From: Methylophaga frappieri
Lineage (GTDB): Bacteria; Pseudomonadota; Gammaproteobacteria; Nitrosococcales; Methylophagaceae
Length of the DNA stretch: 32,000 nucleotides
Assembly (NCBI RefSeq): GCF_000260965.1
Contig: NC_017856.1
Location: 690,001 to 722,000 of the forward strand
Direction of reading: 5' to 3'
Shown: in pieces, positions 17,983 to 26,371 of the stretch
How the letters are laid out: every line of letters starts with the position of its first letter
Position numbering within the stretch: position 1 is the stretch's first letter
Program-made: the position numbers and the translations under genes
The notes under the pieces: generated by a model
What the model was told of the DNA's origin: nothing
Databases searched by the model: none
What the model saw: only the letters and a program-made list of their open reading frames with translations

Positions 17983-19188
17983 ATGGCCCAGTCGAGTTAT
18001 TTGTCTCTGCTACGCCAGCAAAGTGGTTTGTTGGCAATTGGTTTTATTGCTTTATTTACAGGTAATCTCGGTCAAAGTTTTTTCATCGGCTTATTTCAGC
18101 AGGATATTGCCAGTCACTTAGGGCTTTCTACAGGTGGTTTTGGTACTGTTTATGCCTTAATCACTATGTGTAGCGGCTTTCTTGTCATGCACTTTGGCGC
18201 CAAGCTAGATTGGATATCACCGCGTCGCTATGCGGCAATGATGCTGTTTGCACTGCTCACCGGCGTGTTGCTAATGACCACTTCAATTTGGCTTGTGCCC
18301 GCATTGATTGGTTTGGCATTAGTACGTTTGTGTGGTCAAGGCTTGATGACCCACTTTGGCAGTACTCTGATCGGACGAGAATTTGTCATCAATCGCGGCC
18401 GAGCGCTGGGGCTGGTCAGTTTAGGCATGCCTCTGGGTGAAATTGTATTGCCACCGTTGATTGCGATCACTTCCGCGATGTTGCTTTGGTACGAGGTTTG
18501 GTGGTTGATCGCTCTGTCGCTTGCCATATGCTGGGCTGCGTTATTTTTGTTTGTGTCGTGGCCTTGTGCACCAGTGGTTGTACGTGATGAGCAGGGTCGG
18601 GTTCAACGGGGACCAAATCCCCTTTCCGATACGTTGTTTTGGCAAATCATTCCTCTCACGATGGCCCTGCCGGTTACGTTAACCGGTATTTTTATTTATC
18701 AGGCACAAATGACAGCTGACTTAGCGTCCTCAATTACTATTTATGCGCTGGCGCTAACTATCATGGGAATGGCTCGTTTTCCCGGCGCACTAATGGGCGG
18801 CCGATGGGTCGATGAGTGGGGCGTTTCCTTATTAGCCAAGCTCTATCTGGTGCCTTTTGCAGTTGCCATATTACTTGCTGTCACGCTTGGTGGTCATGTT
18901 GCCGTCATCGTGCTTATGGCCGGTGCGGGTATTTCTTTGGGCATGTCTTCTCCCGTCGTTGACAGTATCCTTGTCGAGATTTGGGGACGAGAAAATCTCG
19001 GCCGTGTTCGCAGTGTCAAATCAGCACTGATGGTATTTTCGACCGGTATTGCGCCCGCCATATTAGGTGTATTGATTGATAACGGCATTCGCTTTCAATC
19101 CATTCTGATCGGCATGCTGACATTCATGCTCATCGGTTGGCTATTGGCATTACGTACCATCAATCACCTCCAAACCCAGCCCAGTTAA
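17983..19188 (+). CDS. MFS transporter
   Basis: 401 aa with about 12 TM helices in a 6+6 arrangement and a central loop ('VVRDEQGRVQRGPNP'). Substrate unknown. Confidence 0.75.
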   Translation: MAQSSYLSLLRQQSGLLAIGFIALFTGNLGQSFFIGLFQQDIASHLGLSTGGFGTVYALITMCSGFLVMHFGAKLDWISPRRYAAMMLFALLTGVLLMTTSIWLVPALIGLALVRLCGQGLMTHFGSTLIGREFVINRGRALGLVSLGMPLGEIVLPPLIAITSAMLLWYEVWWLIALSLAICWAALFLFVSWPCAPVVVRDEQGRVQRGPNPLSDTLFWQIIPLTMALPVTLTGIFIYQAQMTADLASSITIYALALTIMGMARFPGALMGGRWVDEWGVSLLAKLYLVPFAVAILLAVTLGGHVAVIVLMAGAGISLGMSSPVVDSILVEIWGRENLGRVRSVKSALMVFSTGIAPAILGVLIDNGIRFQSILIGMLTFMLIGWLLALRTINHLQTQPS

Positions 19189-19201
19189 CTTAGAGCTAGG
19201 C

Positions 19202-20245
19202 TTAATCGGTTTGCCTGAAATAATGTTGAGTCCGGTTCGCCAACGCAACCAATGACAGCATGACAGGCACTTCAACTAAAACACCTACCACTGTAGCCAA
19301 GGCAGCGCCGGAGTTTAGACCAAAAAGGCTTATTGCTACGGCAACAGCTAACTCAAAGAAATTTGAAGTACTGATTAAAGCGGCTGGTGCGGCAATGTTA
19401 TAAGGTAATTTCCAGAGATATGCCCAGCCATAGGCTATCGCAAAAATGCCGTAGGTCTGAATCATTAACGGTACGGCAATAAGCAAAATGATCAACGGTT
19501 GACTGAGTATCGTCTCTGCTTGCAGCCCAAACAACAACAGCACGGTCGCTATTAAGCCCATTATGGAAAGTGGTTTTATTTTCTGCGAAAAGTGCGCAAC
19601 CGCCTGTAGGTCATCCTGCTTATCCAGTACACGTCGGGTGAGATAGCCCGCTGCTAAAGGAATTAAGACATAGAGAACGACAGATAACAACAACGTGCTC
19701 CAAGGCACCACAATGTCGGTAACACCAAGCAGCAACGCGGCAATTGGTGCAAACGCAAAAATCATGATGATATCGTTTACAGAAACCTGTACCAGCGTGT
19801 AATTAGCATCCCCTTTGACCAATTGACTCCAAATAAACACCATTGCGGTGCAAGGGGCGACACCTAACAAGATCATACCGGCGATGTAGGAACGCGCAGT
19901 TTCTGGCGTCACAAAATCAGCAAAAATATATTCAAAAAATAAAACGCCTATCGCCGCCATGGTGAATGGCTTAATCAGCCAATTCACTACAGCCGTCAAA
20001 CACAAGCCCTTAGGTTTGTTTGCTGCGGATTTGATAGCACTGAAATCAACATTGACCATCATCGGATAAATCATAAGCCAGATAAAAATGGCCACCAGCA
20101 AATTGACACTAGCGTATTGCCAATCTGCAATCGTCGTAAACACCCTAGGTAACAACCAACCCAGCGTTACCCCGGCAGTCATCCCTAACGCAATCCAGAC
20201 TGACAGATACCGTTCAAATCGTTGCATGAGAAATCCGCTTTGCAT
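19202..20245 (-). CDS. acr3: ACR3-family arsenite efflux transporter
   Basis: 347 aa and about 10 TM. '[16 protein letters not shown]' at the N-terminus and the conserved Cys block '[12 protein letters not shown]' are typical of ACR3. The start overlaps the arsC stop (TAATG). Confidence 0.9.
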   Translation of the reverse strand: MQSGFLMQRFERYLSVWIALGMTAGVTLGWLLPRVFTTIADWQYASVNLLVAIFIWLMIYPMMVNVDFSAIKSAANKPKGLCLTAVVNWLIKPFTMAAIGVLFFEYIFADFVTPETARSYIAGMILLGVAPCTAMVFIWSQLVKGDANYTLVQVSVNDIIMIFAFAPIAALLLGVTDIVVPWSTLLLSVVLYVLIPLAAGYLTRRVLDKQDDLQAVAHFSQKIKPLSIMGLIATVLLLFGLQAETILSQPLIILLIAVPLMIQTYGIFAIAYGWAYLWKLPYNIAAPAALISTSNFFELAVAVAISLFGLNSGAALATVVGVLVEVPVMLSLVALANRTQHYFRQTD

Positions 20246-20655
20246 TAGGTAAACGTCTCCTGAATTTTCTCTTTCAAAATCATATAAGCCGCCTCAAAAG
20301 CGGCATTTACGTCTGCTTCCGCCCCTAATATTCTTGCAGGATCAACCAAAGACCAATGCAACTTTACGTACGCGCCGGGAAAAACAGGACAGATCTCATT
20401 CGCCGCTGCATCACACACTGTGATCACATAATCAAATGATTGCCCTGCAAATACATCCCACGACTTACTCTCATAATGCCCGGCTTCAATACCATGACGC
20501 TGTAATGTCTCAACTGCTTTTGGATGCACAAAACCCGTGGGCGAGCTTCCAGCACTCACAGCATGATAATGATCTGACCTGAACTGATTAATGAGCGCTT
20601 CCGCCATGATTGACCGACACGAATTTCCCGTGCACAACACCAGTACTTTATTCAT
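20245..20655 (-). CDS. arsC: arsenate reductase, LMW-PTP (thioredoxin-coupled) type
   Basis: CX5R P-loop 'LCTGNSCRS' plus a downstream Cys pair '[11 protein letters not shown]'. 136 aa. AGGTG SD upstream. Confidence 0.9.
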   Translation of the reverse strand: MNKVLVLCTGNSCRSIMAEALINQFRSDHYHAVSAGSSPTGFVHPKAVETLQRHGIEAGHYESKSWDVFAGQSFDYVITVCDAAANEICPVFPGAYVKLHWSLVDPARILGAEADVNAAFEAAYMILKEKIQETFT

Positions 20656-20688
20656 TTTTACGCACCTGATTTAAGAGAGACCATTGAT

Positions 20689-21057
20689 CTATGTGTTGTC
20701 AGGAAGCCCACAACAGCCCGCTAGTTCAATGACTTGACAGCCTGAATCCTTATCTTCTCGCAGTGAAACCAGATCGCTGCGGCAGCAATCCTGAACCAGA
20801 AAGCCAATCAAATTGCGCATGGTGTCAAAATGGGTCGAATAGATCATTGAGCGCCCTTCTTTACGCACTTTAACCATACCGGTGCGCGTTAAGTGGCTGA
20901 GATGAAATGACAAGGTGTTATGCGGTATTTTCAATTGCTCACTGAGCTTCCCCGCCGCCAAACCAGATGGTCCCGCCTCCACCAGCAAACGAAACACACT
21001 TAATCGCGTTTCTTGCGAGAGAGCATCAAATAACGTGACTGCTGTTTTTATGTCCAT
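20689..21057 (-). CDS. arsR: ArsR/SmtB-family metalloregulator
   Basis: wHTH core 'ETRLSVFRLLVEAGPSGLAAGKLSEQLKIPHNTLSFHLSHLTRTGMVKVRKEGRSMIYS'. It is the first gene of the arsR-arsC-acr3 operon and has a Cys-rich C-terminal tail. Confidence 0.9.
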   Translation of the reverse strand: MDIKTAVTLFDALSQETRLSVFRLLVEAGPSGLAAGKLSEQLKIPHNTLSFHLSHLTRTGMVKVRKEGRSMIYSTHFDTMRNLIGFLVQDCCRSDLVSLREDKDSGCQVIELAGCCGLPDNT

Positions 21058-21063
21058 AATTCT

Positions 21064-21092
21064 AGACTAATTGACATAAAGTACTCTGTCAA
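21064..21092 (-). promoter_or_regulatory. candidate arsR promoter, positioned for a leaderless transcript
   Basis: On the minus strand: TTGACA (plus 21087-21092), a 17-nt spacer, TAGTCT (plus 21064-21069), then 6 nt (AGAATT) to the arsR ATG at 21057. There is no SD upstream of that ATG. Confidence 0.4.
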
Positions 21093-21093
21093 T
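21070..21093. promoter_or_regulatory. perfect 7-bp inverted repeat ATTGACA-N10-TGTCAAT (candidate ArsR operator)
   Basis: ATTGACA is at 21070-21076 and TGTCAAT at 21087-21093, overlapping the putative arsR -35 and spacer. A further perfect TGTCAAT is at 21145-21151, and degenerate copies sit at 21115-21126. A second inverted repeat, ATCTC-N8-GAGAT, is at 21096-21113. Confidence 0.45.
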
Positions 21094-21164
21094 AAATCTC
21101 GACATATTGAGATAGGTCAATGACATGTTAGTCTGGGATCACAATGTCAATTTCAGGGGTCACT

Positions 21165-21803
21165 ATGTATAAAACGTTAGTCGTTGGTGCGAATGGTCAA
21201 ATTGGGCGACTGTTGGTCACGCAACTTCTAGACCAGTCTCGCGCCGTTCGCGTTATGGTGCGAGAGGCTAGTCAGGCCGATTTTTTTCGGCATTTAGGGG
21301 CTGAGGTAGTTATTGCAGATTTAGAGCAGCCATTGCCTGACAAAGCTTTTGAGCAATGCAATAAAGTGGTGTTTACAGCGGGAAGTGGTGGTCACACTGG
21401 TGCAGAGAAAACTATCCTCATTGATTTATGGGGCGCATGCAAAGTCATTGATATGGCTGTAAAACATCATGTGGCGCATTTTGTCATGGTCAGTGCTCAA
21501 GATGCCGGTGATCCCGATAATGGTAATCCCGCAATCCGTCACTATAATGTTTGCAAACATTTTGCCGACGAGTACCTCATGCACAGCCCTTTGGCTTACA
21601 CGATACTTCGACCGGGTCGATTGACGGATGAGATTGCATCACAGCGGATTCAAACCTACCCACCCATTGAATCCGGGCAACGCATGATCAGCCGTTCTGA
21701 TGTTGCCAACTGTATTGCTTATTGCCTGAATAGCGCACAGACCAAAGAGAAAATCTTTTTGCTATTTCATGGAAATCAAACCATTCGTGACGCTTTAATC
21801 TGA
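21165..21803 (+). CDS. atypical SDR / NAD(P)H-binding (NmrA/YhfK-like) oxidoreductase
   Basis: Rossmann motif 'TLVVGANGQIGRLLV' directly at the N-terminus, with 'VMVSA' and 'YNVCKHFADEYL' (YxxxK-like). AGGGG lies 5 nt upstream of ATG 21165. The track starts at ATG 21144. Confidence 0.75.
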   Translation: MYKTLVVGANGQIGRLLVTQLLDQSRAVRVMVREASQADFFRHLGAEVVIADLEQPLPDKAFEQCNKVVFTAGSGGHTGAEKTILIDLWGACKVIDMAVKHHVAHFVMVSAQDAGDPDNGNPAIRHYNVCKHFADEYLMHSPLAYTILRPGRLTDEIASQRIQTYPPIESGQRMISRSDVANCIAYCLNSAQTKEKIFLLFHGNQTIRDALI

Positions 21804-21912
21804 CATGATGCTCCAATTAGTTGATTCTCGGCGAGAATTATAAGCAAGGTATAATCGGTGGTAATACGAAGCACATCAGGGAAAGCATTTGTCTGAGGAT
21901 CGCGCCGCTAAA

Positions 21913-23232
21913 ATGTCGACGAATATTGCCGATGAGTCGCCAGAATCACGTACCAGTCGTCGTCGCTTGCGCGCCTGCCAGCATTGTGACTGGGTATCTG
22001 CACTGCCCGCATTACGTCCCGGTCAGGCAGCCATTTGCCCTTGCTGCCAACATACCTTGGTTCGACGCCACTTCCGTCCAATACAGCGTAGTTTGGCACT
22101 GGCCAGCAGCGCCTTATTGGCTTTGGCCTTAGCCGTCTATTTTCCTTTTGTTGGTTTTTCTGCGCTGGGTCTTGGCCAACAGATCGAACTATTACAAACT
22201 ATTAGCCGGTTATTTCTGTCCGGACAACCCGTGATCGCGGTTGTCGTTGCATTAACCATCGTTATCCTGCCTTGCCTCTACCTGCTGAGTGTTATTTGGT
22301 TGCAATACAGCCTTTTACGTCAAATTCAAAGCACCGCCAGCCGGCATATCGCCAGAGCCCTCAAGCATCTGCATCCCTGGATGATGGCTGATGTCTTTAT
22401 TATTGGAGCACTGGTTAGTTTGTTTAAAATTGCCGGAATGGCCGATATTACGTTAGGCACAGGCTTTTGGGCTTTTTGCAGTTTCACCATTCTGCTGTTA
22501 TTGACGATGCGATCCATTGATGATGACTGGATGTGGTTTGCCATTGCTGGTGAACCGCAAGCGCCGATAGGCAGTGAAACCGGTCAAACCGCAGCCGAAC
22601 AAAATCTGACCGGTTGTCCAACCTGCGGGTTATTGCAAACGTTACCCGACGCGGGCAAAGCACACTGTGCACGATGCGGTGAGTTGTTGCATCGGCGGCG
22701 ACCACAGAGCCTGCAGCGAACATGGGCATTATTGTTGACTTCCGCACTGCTATACATTCCAGCGAATGTCTACCCCATCATGTACAGTACGCGAATTGGT
22801 ATTACTCAGCCCAAAACGATTTTGGGTGGCGTAATGGATTTAATCACAGCGGGCTCATGGCCAATCGCTATGGTAATTTTTATTGCCAGTGTGATTGTGC
22901 CTATCGGTAAAATGTTTGCTATCGGCTGGTTGTGCCTTCGGGTGGGTCAGCAAAACGTCGCAGATCGGGCCACTCGGGCACGACTGTATCGAATAACTGA
23001 GTTAATAGGTCGTTGGTCCATGGTAGATGTTTTTGTTGTCGCCATTTTGGTTACCTTAATTGACGCAGGTCAATTGCTGTCAATCAATCCTGGCCCGGGT
23101 GCATTAGCTTTCGCCATGGTGGTGATTTTATCGATGCTGGCGGCAAATAGTTTTGATCCGCGCCTGATTTGGGATACTCAGCAACCCAGAACACGGTCTG
23201 CTATCCGTTCTGGAGAAAGTCTGAATGACTGA
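21913..23232 (+). CDS. pqiA: paraquat-inducible protein A (intermembrane transport protein PqiA)
   Basis: Two tandem halves, each opening with a CxxC...CxxC pair ('CQHCDW..CPCC', 'CPTCG..CARCG') followed by 4 TM helices. It is followed by pqiB and pqiC. Start at ATG 21913. Confidence 0.9.
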   Translation: MSTNIADESPESRTSRRRLRACQHCDWVSALPALRPGQAAICPCCQHTLVRRHFRPIQRSLALASSALLALALAVYFPFVGFSALGLGQQIELLQTISRLFLSGQPVIAVVVALTIVILPCLYLLSVIWLQYSLLRQIQSTASRHIARALKHLHPWMMADVFIIGALVSLFKIAGMADITLGTGFWAFCSFTILLLLTMRSIDDDWMWFAIAGEPQAPIGSETGQTAAEQNLTGCPTCGLLQTLPDAGKAHCARCGELLHRRRPQSLQRTWALLLTSALLYIPANVYPIMYSTRIGITQPKTILGGVMDLITAGSWPIAMVIFIASVIVPIGKMFAIGWLCLRVGQQNVADRATRARLYRITELIGRWSMVDVFVVAILVTLIDAGQLLSINPGPGALAFAMVVILSMLAANSFDPRLIWDTQQPRTRSAIRSGESLND

Positions 23233-24913
23233 CACCGAAACTAGTGCATCTCAATCAACATCGGAAATGCACCGGGCAACGGCTATCAAGGCAAGTCGAT
23301 TGTCTCCGATTTGGATTGTGCCGATTGTGGCGATACTCATTGGTGTCTGGTTGGTTTATGACAGTTATTTGCAACGCGGCCCGCTGGTCAAACTCACCAT
23401 CAGTACTGCAGAAGGCATTGAGGCAGGAAAAACCAGCATCAAAACTCGCAACGTAGAAATTGGGCAGGTGGAATCCGTCACTTTGTCGAAAGATCTCAGT
23501 CAAGCTGTGATCTATGCCAGATTAACCCCCGAGGCAGCCTCCATGTTGGTCAGCGATAGTCGATTCTGGGTGGTGAAGCCGCGCATTGGTCGCGAAGGTA
23601 TCAGTGGACTTAACACCGTCCTTTCCGGTGCCTATATTCGGCTTCAGCCTGGCCAATCGGATGTCGCGCAGCAAGCCTTCGAAATTCTGGATCAACCACC
23701 CGTCGATATTGATGGTAATGGTGGCTTACGCTTGAACTTAACCAGCCAGCTGGCAAATTCACTACGCGTGGGGGATCCGGTGTTATATCAGGGATACCTG
23801 GTTGGTCGCGTTGAGCAAGCGCAATTTGATCGCGATACATTACAAATGCATCATCGCCTGTTCATTGAGTCTCCCTATGATGAACTGGTGACACAAAATA
23901 CCCGTTTCTGGTCTGCTAAAGGCTTTAGTTTTAATCTGACTTCTGCTGGTGTAGAGCTGGATGTGGCCTCCCTGGAAGCTTTAATCAGTGGCGGGGTTGC
24001 TTTTGGTTTACTGGACAATACGGACTCGCCAGCGCCTCCCGCGCAACCAGAACAAACCTTCGTTTTATACGCCGATGAAGAACACGCCCGACAAGGCAGT
24101 TTTGATCGTCACCTGGAGTATGTCTTGCTGGTGCGCGATACCGTTCGTGGTTTGATTAACAATGCCCCCGTCGAATACCGCGGTATTCGTATCGGTACTG
24201 TTGTGCAAGTTCCCTGGGAATTCACTTCTGAACAGCGTAATGCAGAGCAAGGTTATGACATACCGGTACTGATACGGCTTGAGCCACAACGATTAGATCC
24301 CAATAATACGCTTACCCTGGATGCTTGGCAGGATCGGATCAACAGCATGATTGAAAATGGCCTTCGTGCCTCGCTACGTTCAGGCAATCTGCTGACAGGT
24401 GCGTTATTCGTTGATCTGAATTTTCAGCAAGGTGCCCCTGCCGTCGATATCAATCGCCATTTTGAAAACGTCAGAGTGATTCCAACCACCCCCACAGGCC
24501 TTGCTCAACTTGAGCAAAAAGTGTCGAGTCTGCTGGATAAACTCAATGCATTGCAGGTTGAACCATTGCTATCAGCATTAAATTCGAATCTAAACACATC
24601 CCAAGCGATGTTGGCTGAAATGCAAACCCTGGTCGCAGATATTCGACAACTGATTAATGATCCCGCGTTACAGTCCTCACCAGAAAAACTTAATAACACC
24701 CTTGATGCGCTGCATACCACGTTGCAAAGCTATGATGCTGGGGCTCCGGCTTATGAAGAAATTACCAACGCCATTCAACGTATGGAAAAACTGTTACGTG
24801 ATTTGCAACCGGCGGCACGCAGCATCAGCGAACAACCCAGTCGATTGCTTTTTGACCAGCCAACAACGACCGATCCGACACCGCGCGCCCCTGTTTCAGG
24901 AGACACACCTTGA
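23225..24913 (+). CDS. pqiB: intermembrane transport protein PqiB (multi-MCE-domain protein)
   Basis: 562 aa with an N-terminal TM 'LSPIWIVPIVAILIGVWLVY', repeated MCE-type blocks ('VKPRIG..GISGLNTVLSGAYI', 'VEYRGIRIGTV') and a long C-terminal helical region. 8-nt overlap with pqiA. Confidence 0.9.
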   Translation: MTDTETSASQSTSEMHRATAIKASRLSPIWIVPIVAILIGVWLVYDSYLQRGPLVKLTISTAEGIEAGKTSIKTRNVEIGQVESVTLSKDLSQAVIYARLTPEAASMLVSDSRFWVVKPRIGREGISGLNTVLSGAYIRLQPGQSDVAQQAFEILDQPPVDIDGNGGLRLNLTSQLANSLRVGDPVLYQGYLVGRVEQAQFDRDTLQMHHRLFIESPYDELVTQNTRFWSAKGFSFNLTSAGVELDVASLEALISGGVAFGLLDNTDSPAPPAQPEQTFVLYADEEHARQGSFDRHLEYVLLVRDTVRGLINNAPVEYRGIRIGTVVQVPWEFTSEQRNAEQGYDIPVLIRLEPQRLDPNNTLTLDAWQDRINSMIENGLRASLRSGNLLTGALFVDLNFQQGAPAVDINRHFENVRVIPTTPTGLAQLEQKVSSLLDKLNALQVEPLLSALNSNLNTSQAMLAEMQTLVADIRQLINDPALQSSPEKLNNTLDALHTTLQSYDAGAPAYEEITNAIQRMEKLLRDLQPAARSISEQPSRLLFDQPTTTDPTPRAPVSGDTP

Positions 24914-25482
24914 AATTATTATTAACCATCATGATCAGTGGCTGGCTATTAGCTGGCTGTGTGGGTCAGACCGCACAACCAACAACCTATTACCAACTTC
25001 CGACTATTGCTGACAGTCAGCAGTCAAGCGACGGCCCATTATTAATTATTGCCCCAATCAAGCTCAGTGACATGCTGTTACATCCCGGAATTGTCCTGCA
25101 AACCGATGCTGTCACCCTGCATGTTGCCAGACAACATCTCTGGGCGGGAGACCTGCCGCAACAATTACAAACTGCCCTGCAACAACGGCTTCAGGCTGCC
25201 CTGCCGCAATATCAGGTGAGAACTGCCGGTATTGTTGCTGATCATGCCACCACCCTTAGCCTGCAAATCCATGCATTTCAAGGACATTATCAAGGGGTCG
25301 CGTTACTGCGAGGTCAGTGGCAGCTCAGGACACCATCCGGCAGCACTCGCAGTGCTGTCATTTCAATTCAGAATCCGCTGCCTGATGATGGTTATCCGGC
25401 CCTTGTCAATGCACTGGCGGACACACTGGATAGTCTCGCTGCTGATCTGGCTAAGTCAGTCAACAGTTTGCCTAAAAACTAG
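24910..25482 (+). CDS. pqiC: PqiC (YmbA-family) outer-membrane lipoprotein
   Basis: 190 aa with lipobox 'WLLAGC'. TTG start at 24910 with AGGAG 7 nt upstream, overlapping the pqiB stop (TTGA). Size and position match E. coli PqiC/YmbA. Confidence 0.8.
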   Translation: MKLLLTIMISGWLLAGCVGQTAQPTTYYQLPTIADSQQSSDGPLLIIAPIKLSDMLLHPGIVLQTDAVTLHVARQHLWAGDLPQQLQTALQQRLQAALPQYQVRTAGIVADHATTLSLQIHAFQGHYQGVALLRGQWQLRTPSGSTRSAVISIQNPLPDDGYPALVNALADTLDSLAADLAKSVNSLPKN

Positions 25483-25606
25483 GGATCGTAGCTCTTGAAT
25501 GGTCCCCTTTTTTCGAAAAAAAGCACTTGTACCATGACTGCGCTGCATATTTTCTACCTTGTTAGATAAAAGAGCTGCTCGCGTGATAGATAAGGCAAGC
25601 TCAGCA

Positions 25607-25634
25607 GGCACTATGGTGCCGTTTTATTTTGTTT
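25607..25634 (+). terminator. weak candidate intrinsic terminator for pqiABC
   Basis: GGCAC (25607-25611), loop uaug, GUGCC (25616-25620), followed by GUUUUAUUUUGUUU. The stem is only 5 bp. It lies about 125 nt after the pqiC stop and overlaps the 3' end of the convergent gene. Confidence 0.3.
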
Positions 25635-26198
25635 CAGTAGTTTCCCAAAATATTGCCATGCTTGCTTAATCAACAAATCACGGCGCGCATCCGGCGTCAT
25701 ATCGGGATTAACTAATTGAAAACTAACGCCTAACCGGGTTGGCAAACCAGCGCCATCAAGTGGGCCAGTTATTCCCGGAATCATGAAAACAATCGTCAAA
25801 TGCCTGTCGTGAAATACATAGGTCGCTTCCCCCGGAAACGGTTCTTTCTCGGCATGGGGTTCACCGCCGTTGTTCATAAACGACACATTAAAGTCGAGCT
25901 GTGCCGGTGACAGATTGTCATAATCCAGCATTTCTTCAGGAAAAAACTTGGTGACAAAAATCGTTTTGAAGCCGCCCTTGTCCGTACCAATGTAGCCGCA
26001 TTGACTATAGAAAGTCGGAATATGCTCCTGCACCCCAGGCCTGACCGCTTGATTCAAATAGCTAATTGCCAACTGCTCTGATAACAATTCACAACTGTTA
26101 TCGACCAACTCCTGATGGCCTCTGACTTTTGCTTGTACGTTCAATGCCAAACCGCTGAACAATACAACACTGATTGCTTTAAAAAACATCGACTTCAT
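25611..26198 (-). CDS. hypothetical secreted protein
   Basis: 195 aa from ATG 26198, with GGAG 9 nt upstream. Signal peptide 'MKSMFFKAISVVLFSGLALNVQA'. Two Cys in the mature part. No family recognised. Confidence 0.55.
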   Translation of the reverse strand: MKSMFFKAISVVLFSGLALNVQAKVRGHQELVDNSCELLSEQLAISYLNQAVRPGVQEHIPTFYSQCGYIGTDKGGFKTIFVTKFFPEEMLDYDNLSPAQLDFNVSFMNNGGEPHAEKEPFPGEATYVFHDRHLTIVFMIPGITGPLDGAGLPTRLGVSFQLVNPDMTPDARRDLLIKQAWQYFGKLLKQNKTAP

Positions 26199-26371
26199 AA
26201 GGGGGAACTCCATGTATCACAAGCGACCACCGTCCAGATCAAGAATAACGTTAGCTTAGCCTTAGCAACCATCACCCCGACCGGTATCGTTCACAGCCAG
26301 CATAGCTGACTCTGGTATTGCACACCAGCTTGTTGGCTGGTTCTTTACGCATCAGGCAGCAAAAAATCCGT

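Noticed and set aside
19189-21164. The ars operon as a mobile genomic island
   Set aside because: No integrase, transposase, tRNA attachment site or flanking direct repeats are visible. The genes abut ordinary chromosomal genes, and no obvious compositional break is visible by eye, though I did not compute one.
25499-25535. AT palindrome TTTTTTCGAAAAAA (25508-25521), nested in ATGGT...ACCAT, between the convergent pqiC and the secreted-protein gene; considered as a bidirectional terminator
   Set aside because: The stem would be A-U pairs only, with a 2-nt centre, which is too unstable for an intrinsic terminator. It may be a protein site or chance, and I cannot support a function.
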